NCBI GenBank assembly: GCA_026023565.1
Contig: JAPETS010000082.1
Span: 1-35,651, forward strand
Direction of reading: 5' to 3'
Source of the DNA: Cirrosporium novae-zelandiae
Taxonomy: Eukaryota
DNA: 35,651 bases
Shown: positions 11,600 to 21,700 of the stretch, piece by piece
How the letters are laid out: each line of letters begins with the position of its first letter
Position numbering within the stretch: the first letter of the stretch is position 1
Notes under the pieces: model-generated
What the model was told of the DNA's origin: nothing
The model's input: the letters and a program-made list of their open reading frames with translations, nothing else
The model's database searches: none
Translations under genes and position numbers: made by a program

Positions 11600-13915
11600 A
11601 TGAGTACCATACAGAACCTAAAGAATTTCATACGCCATGGCAAGCAGGCCAGAGCTGCAAACAACAATATCCCTCATGGAGAGCCAACTACCAATGTCTC
11701 GCCCGTCCATGCTCAACAGCAACGCAATCGTCATGCACCTGCACAGGGAGCTGTGAGCGATCCAAGCATCGCTCAAAATAGACGTCGAGATGTTGCAGCA
11801 GCAGTTCTGGGAGGAGACCTGTCGACTGCCAATGTGGATAACCGCAATGTGGCCGCACAAGCCGGAGGGATTGCTGCCAAAGCAGCTGGAGACCACCAAA
11901 ACCTAGGCACCACTGGAGCTAAAGAGAGAAAGAAGGATTATGATGCTTCAACGATTGAACGAATAGTTGCCGAGGAACGAGCCGCCCAAGGAAAGCTTCC
12001 TAAATATCCTGGTCTAGATCGATGGATATTGTTGGAGAAGATGGGAGATGGAGCCTTCAGCAATGTCTATCGAGCAAAAGATAGCACTGGAGACATGGGA
12101 GAAGTTGCTATCAAAGTCGTGCGAAAGTTTGAAATGAATTCCAATCAGGTGAGCCCCAAGCCAGAGGCGGCAAATATTCCATTTTTTGTATACCACCATC
12201 ATGTTGTCTCCTTTGTTATTCTTTACTCGCTCCAACATTTGTGCCACCCAATCGCCTTCCTGGCGGGACCTTGGCCAACCTGGTTTGTGTAGGGCGATCA
12301 CCATCTACATCCGGATTTCAAGAAGCAACCAAAGGTCGTGGAGGTGCGGTTTCTCTATTTCTTATGCAGAGCACTTCTTTTTTAAGATTTACTTTTCCTG
12401 ATTACAATGCATTCAATTAATCGATGGAATGCTAACACAGGATTTCAATCTAGCGAGCAAATATTTTGAAAGAGGTGCAAATAATGCGGCAACTGGATCA
12501 TCCTAACATTGTTAAACTAATCGACTTCTCCGAATCCCGTCAATATTACTATATTGTCTTGGAACTTTGTCCTGGTGGCGAGCTCTTCCACCAAATTGTA
12601 AGGCTGACTTATTTCAGCGAGGACCTTAGTCGACATGTCATCCTCCAGGTGGCAAAGGCTCTGGAATATCTCCACGAAGACAAAGGCGTTGTGCACAGGT
12701 ATACATACCCCTGGTATCATCGCTGTCTTTTCTAATTTTATTGGTAGGGACATCAAACCAGAAAATTTATTGTTCTATCCGATTCCATTTATACCGACAA
12801 AAACTCCAAAGCCTAGAGGTCCAGACGATGAAGACAAGGCCGACGAAGGTGAATTCATCGCTGGTGTTGGGGCCGGAGGCATTGGTCAAATCAAAATTGC
12901 AGATTTTGGTCTGTCAAAGGTAGTATGGGATACACAAACAATGACGCCATGTGGCACTGTCGGTTACACTGCGCCAGAGATTGTCAAGGACGAAAGATAT
13001 TCCAAAAGTGTTGATATGTGGGCCCTTGGATGCGTATTATACACACTACTTTGCGGGTTCCCACCATTCTACGACGAAAGCATCCAAGTTCTCACGGAAA
13101 AGGTCGCTAGGGGCCAGTATACTTTTCTATCACCATGGTGGGACGATATTTCAAAGCCCGCCCAAGATCTTGTATCACACCTCCTAACTGTTGATCCCGA
13201 CAAGCGTTATACTATCCGACAATTTCTGGATCATCCTTGGATACGCCAAACGGATGAAGATACTCATGCTGCCGCTGATGCCCCTCCGCTTGCAACCCCT
13301 CTTGTTCAACGTCAGCAGGCTGTAGCCCCACAACCTCAAACGTCACCAGAACCCGTATCTGCTCTACTTGAAACCCCAGGAGGTACCAATCGACGGATGA
13401 TGGACTTCCGCTCACCCGGGGCTATTAATTTACGCGAAGTTTTCGATGTTGGATACGCTGTGCATCGACAAGAAGAAGAAGCTAAGCGTCGGAAGAACTT
13501 CAAACAGGGATACCGCGGCGCTGCTGCGGGTATCAATAGTTTGAATGTCCTTGACGAAGATGACTATGATGACGACGAAATGACAGTCGAGTCCATGGAA
13601 CAGCAAAACCCTCAAGCCAAGTTACCGAAATCACAAGCGAATGACGTGAGCAGCATGGAACAAAAGATGCGCACTGCTAATCTGGGAAATCCAAGTGCAG
13701 CAGCACAAGCAAGGCAGGTGGCAGTTCAACCTCCCCAGTCTCAAGCAAGGGGCTATGGACAACACAGCCCTGCTGTTGCAGCCGCGGCAAAGCAACATGC
13801 GCGAAAACCCAAGGACGTCTTTGAATTAAGCCTGGATAATGCAACATTATTAGGGCGAAGAGGGAGAGCCCACGGAAATCAAAGCAAGCTGCGAGAGCAG
13901 GTTGTACAAACATGA
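11600..13915 (+). CDS. srk1: Srk1/Rck2-type MAPK-activated Ser/Thr kinase (CAMK group), 670 aa; exons 11600-12148, 12293-12343, 12454-12698, 12748-13915
   Basis: N-terminus MSTIQNLKNFIRHGKQAR; MGDGAFSNVY, VAIKV, HRDIKPENLL, Rck-type Gly-rich insert DEGEFIAGVGAGGIG, ADFGLSK, TPCGTVGYTAPE; C-terminal MAPK-docking-like FELSLDNATLLGRR. Confidence 0.93.
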
Positions 13916-14669
13916 CCTTTTACGGAGATGGATCGGTTTGTTTTTAGAGCGTGTCCACCTTTTCGCATTGGCATGGGTAAATGGTATTCTCTTTCTTGTG
14001 TGGCAGGGAACACTTCTCCGGCGTTTTGGGCTCTGAAAGGTTATACGCCTGTCGCTCCCGAGTTGTTTTTGGTCATGATCATTTGACGGGCTAGGTTGAT
14101 GATAGCGATAGCGGTCGAGAAGGTGGCATGAATGGCTAAGTTCACATGGCTTAGAGATTTCTTTTAGATACGTCGGTGATGGAACTCTGAGCATAATGAA
14201 TGAATAACCTTATAATATTTGGTATCCCTGGTTCAATCGCGTCAAGGAGCCAAGGCGCCATAGAAACTAGATTTAACCCTATAATGCTTATCTACAAAAT
14301 ACCGAGTAGTCATCCGTACTACGGCTGACTCTATAATAAGATGTTCATGAAGGATTCAGCAAGCTAAACACGGGGGACTGGAATTTTATGCGGTTGACTG
14401 TTGTGGAAGACCTGGTTCGAAGTCCTTTTACTCTCTTTGTTTCGCTATGTGAATTGGCAAAAGTTTAGTTAAATTAGACGTCAGCATGCAAACGGACCAA
14501 ATACGCCAAGGAACATCTTTCAGTCATGGACATCTAGTTCCAAGCTCCTTGGACCATAACATCTCTTTCTTAATATTTCCCCCCCTCAGCTCTTTCTAGC
14601 AAAATATAATTCTCTACATTCATCTCCTCCAAGTTGTGTGCTGGAGGTCACTAATCTCCATCGTTCAAC

Positions 14670-16532
14670 ATGGCTGGAGTAGAACCTCTCCTCGCCCCCA
14701 GGCCCTCCTCTGAAGGTTCCTCCATCAATGCTGAAGAGGAAGAATCCCTGCTGACTGGCCGTCGAAATCCCCGCACAAATACACGAAGCAGATGGACTAG
14801 CTGGCGGGAAATTGGACTCTTTACCTGGGCATTTGTTGTTACCGTCATCGTAATCGTCCTTGCAGTCGTTTACCAGCATGAGAGATCCGCACACCCTCGA
14901 AGTGGTGGTTGGGGCCGTGATGGAAAGCCGAAAGGGAAGAGAAACATGATATTTATGGTTTCAGATGGCATGGGACCTACCAGCTTGACAATGACAAGGA
15001 GCTATATGCAATTTACGGAAGGCCTGCCCATTGATGATATACTGGTCCTGGATCAACATATCATTGGCACTTCAAGGACAAGGTCATCGAATAGCTTGGT
15101 CACTGACTCTGCTGCCGGTGCTACTGCATTCTCATGCGGATTAAAGAGTTACAATGGAGCCATTTCGGTACTGCCAAACCATGACCCCTGCGGCACGGTC
15201 ATGGAGGCAGCAAAGAAGGCGGGATACATGACCGGATTGGTGGTGACGACCAGAGTTACCGACGCTACCCCAGCATGCTTTGCTTCACATGTCAATTTGC
15301 GCCAGTATGAAGATCAAATCGCTTCCCAAGAAATCGGTGAACATCCTTTGGGCCATGTCGTTGACCTTATTATGGGCGGAGGACGATGCCATTTCCTTTC
15401 GAACACAACTGCAGGCTCTTGCAGAGCAGATGAGAAAGATATTATCTCACTAGCTAAACAGAAAGGCTACTCATATGTGGATGACAGAAAAGGGTTTGAT
15501 GGCCTGAAGTTGGGCAGTGCAGTCGAGCTTCCTCTCCTTGCTTTGTTTGCCGACGGAGACATTCCCTACGAAATCGATCGCCGCAACGAGAACAACTTCT
15601 ACCCATCTCTTGACGAAATGGCACGCACAGCCCTAAATGCCCTCAGTGAAGCAACAAGAAACTCGGACAAAGGTTTCTTTATCATGATCGAAGGAAGTAG
15701 GATTGATCATGCTGGACATGGAAATGACCCTGCAGCGCAAGTTCATGAAGTACTAGCATACGATAAGGCATTTGCAAGTGTGCTTAAGTTTCTCGAAGAT
15801 GAGGAGACAGAAGGAGTCCTTGTTGGTACTAGTGATCACGAAACCGGTGGCCTGGCTGCAGCTAGGCAACTTCATGCTGCCTACCCTGACTATCTCTGGC
15901 ATCCCGCTGTACTAGCAAATGCCTCTCACTCCGCGGAGCGTAGTTCCCATATCCTCCATGCTTATGTCGATGACAACCCTTCCATCTCTAAATCCGACCT
16001 TTCTTCCTATATAACGTCAACATTCCTTCCCGACAACCTTGGCATCTTCGATGCTTCGTCTTCGGAAGTTTCAGACCTTGTGAATACAGCACTTGGATCT
16101 GATGATGATGATGCTGAACATCCAATTCTCCCGGCTTCTTATACTCTTGCCGATATGATCAGCAGACGCGCACAGATCGGATGGAGTACGCATGGCCATT
16201 CCGGTGTTGATGTAAACATATATGCCTCTGACCCCAACCATGCCCCTCAATTGATTGGAAATCATGAAAATACCGAAGTCGGGGAGTTCATTGCTAAGTA
16301 CCTAGACTTGGACCTGGGTCCTATTTCCAAAGAGTTACAACAGAAGGGACTAGAGTGGGGGGAGAACATGAATAAAGACGCCAGTCCAACAGATACGATG
16401 GAATCATCAGAGAGCAAAGAGAGAGTTAGTTGGATGGGTGCTCTACCTAAAGAAGGCGCAAGGCTGGATGGAAATGATGGATACCACGGAGAGTTTAGAA
16501 AGAGAGATCTGGGGTGTGGACATGTCCATTAG
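14670..16532 (+). CDS. PHO8: Repressible vacuolar alkaline phosphatase, type II membrane protein, 620 aa, intronless
   Basis: NMIFMVSDGMG, active-site VTDSAAGATA, TDATPA, IEGSRIDHAGHGND, TSDHETGG, THGHSGVDV; single N-terminal TM helix; acidic dileucine EEESLL. Confidence 0.96.
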   Translation: MAGVEPLLAPRPSSEGSSINAEEEESLLTGRRNPRTNTRSRWTSWREIGLFTWAFVVTVIVIVLAVVYQHERSAHPRSGGWGRDGKPKGKRNMIFMVSDGMGPTSLTMTRSYMQFTEGLPIDDILVLDQHIIGTSRTRSSNSLVTDSAAGATAFSCGLKSYNGAISVLPNHDPCGTVMEAAKKAGYMTGLVVTTRVTDATPACFASHVNLRQYEDQIASQEIGEHPLGHVVDLIMGGGRCHFLSNTTAGSCRADEKDIISLAKQKGYSYVDDRKGFDGLKLGSAVELPLLALFADGDIPYEIDRRNENNFYPSLDEMARTALNALSEATRNSDKGFFIMIEGSRIDHAGHGNDPAAQVHEVLAYDKAFASVLKFLEDEETEGVLVGTSDHETGGLAAARQLHAAYPDYLWHPAVLANASHSAERSSHILHAYVDDNPSISKSDLSSYITSTFLPDNLGIFDASSSEVSDLVNTALGSDDDDAEHPILPASYTLADMISRRAQIGWSTHGHSGVDVNIYASDPNHAPQLIGNHENTEVGEFIAKYLDLDLGPISKELQQKGLEWGENMNKDASPTDTMESSESKERVSWMGALPKEGARLDGNDGYHGEFRKRDLGCGHVH

Positions 16533-16957
16533 ATGGTTGGCAGGATTTGAGGCTAGACACGGGAGATGTCTCGGTCGGGTTCGATATTGATAGCTTCTTT
16601 TGCGATGGGGTCTAGGACTGGGCATCAGGGAAGGGCCTTGGGACCACTATACAATTTGGTTCAATTGAGCGTTCTGTTCTAAGCATCGGGTAAGGAGTAC
16701 AAGTTGTGGTTATTGCTCACTGATAGACTAACTAGCCATGTGTAATTAATTAATACAAACATATATTTTTCGATTAGAAAGTACTGTGTATGGCATGGCA
16801 TTGTACATGTCTCATCGGTTATTTGCTTCTTGTATCTTGGAATGGTCATGATGGTGGAATTAAGCTCAGTGAGCTAGTAGCTCATCGATTTCGAGAGATG
16901 CAAACCGTCCAAACAAGCCATACACAGTACAGAGTTACAAGTGCGTGGGCTGCATTT

Positions 16958-16965
16958 TGACGTCA
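16958..16965. promoter_or_regulatory. Perfect CRE palindrome TGACGTCA (putative AtfA/Atf1 site)
   Basis: Exact 8-mer about 260-370 nt upstream of the candidate DUF4440-like start codons. Confidence 0.35.
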
Positions 16966-17324
16966 CTGTATCCGTCAGCTCTTAACATGGAAAAATATGC
17001 GGAGACCAAGGCCAGAAAACCTGTTAGCTATGCCAGAAGAACGCCGCATATCCAAGAAGATCCCTGAAACCCTTTCCAATGTCAGCAATAAAAGTGAACC
17101 GTCTCCGCTGGCGGGCCTACTTTGAATATTCTTCTAATTCTATACTTTAACCATTCACACTTTTTTTCAGTCTTATCACAATTCGATTCAAAAGACCTCG
17201 CACACACACATTCAGTTGTTTTATGAGACAAACTGCATCACGGTACGTTGACTGGTCTACTTCATTATCCTTCCTATGCATTCATCTAATCCGCATTAGG
17301 ATCACATCAACCAACGCTGCCAAA

Positions 17325-17729
17325 ATGCCTCGTATGGCTGATCGCATCAAGACTGAAATCGAGTCACTCGAGAATCAGCTATGGGCTTGTCTTACGTCTG
17401 CGCGCCCCGGCACAGCCTTGGAGCCATATGTTATGGATGAAACTGTCATGCTGTTACCCGGCGACTGGGTCGTCACGCCCGACACTGATCCAGCCCTTCA
17501 AGATGTTCTTGACAACGGGAAAGTTTTCCCCAAGTGGGACTCTTATGACATGCAGGATATCCATGTTGTGGTTATGGATTTGATGGCAGCAACAATATGT
17601 TACAGGATCGATCTACAGAAACAGTGGGGAAATGATGTCAAGTCATTTAGCGCGCTATGCAGTACTGCGTGGAGGCAGGAGAGCAGTGGAGATTGGAAGA
17701 TTTGTTCACATCACCAGGGAGCAGCGTAG
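17325..17729 (+). CDS. Small NTF2-like/DUF4440-type protein, 134 aa from ATG 17325 (alternative upstream ATG 17223 with intron 17243-17299)
   Basis: IESLENQLWACL...WDSYDMQDIHVV...AATICYRI...ALCSTAWRQESSGDWKICSHHQ resembles the DUF4440 pattern. ATG 17325 has good context (CAAAATG). Confidence 0.72.
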   Translation: MPRMADRIKTEIESLENQLWACLTSARPGTALEPYVMDETVMLLPGDWVVTPDTDPALQDVLDNGKVFPKWDSYDMQDIHVVVMDLMAATICYRIDLQKQWGNDVKSFSALCSTAWRQESSGDWKICSHHQGAA

Positions 17730-18730
17730 GGGAGTATTGACGGCTTCTAGATTTTCTGGTTTGGTGTACGATTTCTAGACGTCCTTTTAAGGGTGTCGGG
17801 TTCTCTTGCTGTTTTGGTTGCATGGAGTGTGCTAATGACTATTATACTATGATGATGTCACGAATTTATGTTATCGCCTATTACCAATATAAAAATATTT
17901 GGCATTCCCCCACATGGGCTCCAGAAATCACTAGCGACTTATGACCACAACGTTAGGTTATATATTGCTGACCATGCCGATGATAGAATGAAGAATGTTC
18001 TTGAATCAAAATTTCAAGCAGGCCAATATCCTAGAGCACTTTAATCCATCATCCTATGTTTTGTATATCAACAACTTGCAAATCTATATATACTTATTAA
18101 CCCATTTCGTATACTTACACCTAGATGATCTAGACTAGAGTATTTGGAATCTTCCTCCTAATAGACCTTAATAATAGTATGGGTAATGAGTATGGTGAGA
18201 ATATAAAGGGTAGCTATATAAAAAATTGTGGAGTACTCATAGGTGATAGTCTGTAATTGGTTCACAGACAACACCTATTTAAGGCCATACGGCTATCACA
18301 TCACACTCGCTCCGACAATTATTACTCGCAAAGTTCTGTTCAGGACCCAACCTTTACTTACAAAATACGTTAGAAGCTGATTAGCTACGGAAAAGCGAGG
18401 CAACGTTGCGCGCCAAGCTATTCCTAAAATATCCTAGTAAGCTTGAGGTCCAGCTTCGCGCAAAACATCAAGAATCTTTCTCGAAAAGGACAATTGCCAC
18501 TCCTCAAACAACGGACTATCATTCTGTCATATCATCAAATTTTGCCATCCTCGACTTACAGTCATTTCAGTAAGAGGAAATTTATGGCAAAACTGATTTG
18601 AATCTCTCTCCCCTGACCTCGCGTCGCTCGCGCGACTTGAAGAATTGCGAGATCATTCAAATCAACCTTCTTCAGCTCTACCTTCCCAACTCCATCACCT
18701 TTTTGACATACCCTCCTTCAAATCACCAAC

Positions 18731-21700
18731 ATGTCATCACTACCTCCTCCGCCACCGCCTGGCTGGGCAGCTGGAGGCCCGTCCGGAATGTCTCTCCCTC
18801 CACCACCCCCTGGCTACCAACCACCGGCCGATCCTCAAGTTGCAAAATTTGCTCAGAAAAAGAAGGAATGGCTGCGAACACAAAGAAACAGATTCTCAGA
18901 AAAGAGAAAAGCTGGCTTCGTGGAGACTAGAAAGTCAGATATGCCACCTGAGATGCTCCGGAAAATCGTAAAGGATATAGGAGACGTTTCACAAAAAAAG
19001 TTTAGCAGCGATAAACGGAGCTATCTTGGAGCGCTCAAATTTATGCCTCATGCAGTTCTGAAGTTGCTAGAAAATATGCCGATGCCGTGGGAGTCAGCTA
19101 GGGAAGTTAAAGTATTATACCATGTTAACGGTTGCTTGACCCTGGTGAATGAGATTCCTCGAGTCATCGAACCAGTATTTCATGCGCAATGGGCTACAAT
19201 GTGGGTATGCATGAGGAGGGAAAAGAGCGATCGAAGACATTTCAAGAGGATGAGATTTCCACCATTTGATGATGAAGAGCCACCGCTATCATGGTCAGAA
19301 AATATCGAAGACGTTGAGCCCCTGGAGCCCATTCAGATGGAACTGGATGAGAGCGAAGACGGTCCAGTTTATGAATGGTTATATGATCACCGGCCTCTAC
19401 TCGACACACCGCATGTCAATGGCCCGAGTTACAAGACCTGGAATTTGTCACTCCCCCAGATGGCAACTCTTTACCGACTTAGCCACCAACTCTTAAGTGA
19501 TTTGGTGGACCATAATTACTTTCATATGTTTGACCTTGATAGTTTTCTCACAGCCAAGGCTCTTAATGTGGCTATACCAGGAGGGCCTAGATTCGAGCCT
19601 CTCTACAAAGATATTGACCCAAATGACGAAGACTTCGGCGAATTCAATGCGATCGATCGCATCATCTTCCGTGCGCCCATCCGGACCGAATACCGAGTTG
19701 CTTATCCTTTCCTTTATAATTCCCTTCCGAGAAGTGTCAAAATTCCATGGCACTCTTACCCTCAAGCTGTCTATGTTCGAGCGGAGGATCCAAATCTTCC
19801 CGCATTCTACTTCGACCCTGTTATTAATCCTATCTCGTCTCGTTCCGTTGCACCAAAAAACATCATAACTAGTCATGAAGATGAAATATTTGGACCTGAG
19901 AACAATGAAGATGAAGAATTCGAGCTGCCTGCATCTGTTGAGCCATTTATGGCTGACGAAGAGCTCTACACCAGTGAGACCTCCTCCGCTATCGCTTTAT
20001 GGTGGGCTCCATTTCCCTTCGATCGAAGATCAGGGCGCATGGTACGTGCTCAAGACGTCCCATTGGTAAAGCAATGGTATCTTGAACATTGTCCTCAAGG
20101 CAACCCCGTCAAGGTTAGGGTTTCCTATCAAAAGCTGCTCAAGACTTATGTCTTGAACGAGCTACACAAGAAAAAGCCAAAGGCGCATAACAAGCAGGAT
20201 CTTTTACAGTCATTGAAATCAACAAAGTTTTTCCAACAGACCACCATTGACTGGGTGGAAGCAGGTCTTCAAGTTTGCCGACAGGGTTTCAACATGCTGA
20301 ATCTTCTCATTCATCGGAAAAATCTTACCTATCTACATCTCGACTATAACTTTAATCTTAAGCCAGTCAAAACATTAACAACAAAAGAACGTAAGAAGTC
20401 TAGATTTGGAAACGCCTTCCATTTGATGCGAGAGATCCTTCGCCTGACGAAACTCATTGTTGATGCTCAAGTACAATATCGTCTCGGAAATATTGATGCC
20501 TTCCAACTTGCTGATGGCATCCTTTACGCCTTCGACCATGTTGGTCAGTTGACCGGAATGTACCGTTATAAGTACAAACTCATGCATCAAATCCGATCCT
20601 GTAAGGACCTGAAGCATCTAATCTACTATCGATTCAACTCTGGTCCTGTCGGTAAGGGGCCTGGCTGTGGCTTCTGGGCTCCGGCATGGAGAGTATGGCT
20701 GTTCTTCATGCGAGGAATCATTCCTTTACTCGAACGATGGCTTGGAAATCTCCTTTCAAGACAATTCGAAGGTCGTCACAGCAAGGGAGTTGCAAAGACC
20801 GTTACGAAACAGAGAGTCGAGTCACACTTCGACCTTGAACTTCGTGCTTCGGTCATGGCTGACCTGATGGATATGATGCCAGAGGGAATTAAGCAGAGCA
20901 AAGTTAATACGGTCCTTCAACATCTTTCAGAAGCTTGGAGATGCTGGAAGAGTAATATTCCTTGGAAGGTCCCGGGTCTTCCTGCTCCAATTGAAAACAT
21001 CATCCTTCGATATGTCAAGAGCAAAGCCGACTGGTGGATTTCTGTCGCTCACTATAACCGCGAGCGAATAAGACGTGGTGCTACTGTTGACAAGACGGTC
21101 GCTAAGAAAAATTTGGGTCGTCTGACTCGTCTATGGCTCAAGGCTGAGCAGGAAAGGCAGCATAATTACATGAAGGATGGACCTTACGTATCTTCCGAAG
21201 AGGCTGTTGCTATCTATACGACAACTGTTCACTGGCTGGAATCACGCAAATTTTCACCAATTCCGTTCCCCAGCGTATCTTACAAACATGACACGAAGAT
21301 TCTCATTCTGGCCCTTGAACGGCTAAGAGAGGCGTACTCCGTCAAGGGACGTCTCAACCAAAGCCAACGGGAGGAATTAGCACTGATCGAACAAGCCTAT
21401 GACTCTCCTGCAACCACCCTTGCCAGAATTAAGCGGTTCCTTTTGACACAGCGTGCGTTCAAGGAAGTTGGGATTGACATGAACGACAATTACAGCACGA
21501 TCAATCCTGTTTACGACATAGAACCCGTCGAGAAGATTACGGATGCATATTTGGATCAGTACTTGTGGTATCAGGCCGACACTCGCCATCTCTTTCCTGC
21601 ATGGATCAAACCGTCGGATTCCGAAGTTCCTCCTCTTTTAACATACAAGTGGGCACAAGGCATCAACAATCTCTCAAATGTTTGGGAAACCTCCGAAGGT

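Noticed and set aside
14415..14425. GGTTCGA T-loop-like motif (also near 16578)
   Set aside because: No cloverleaf or A box around it; not a tRNA.
18131..18142. TAGACTAGAGTA repeated at 32830-32841
   Set aside because: A 12-nt match is expected by chance in 35 kb and does not extend.
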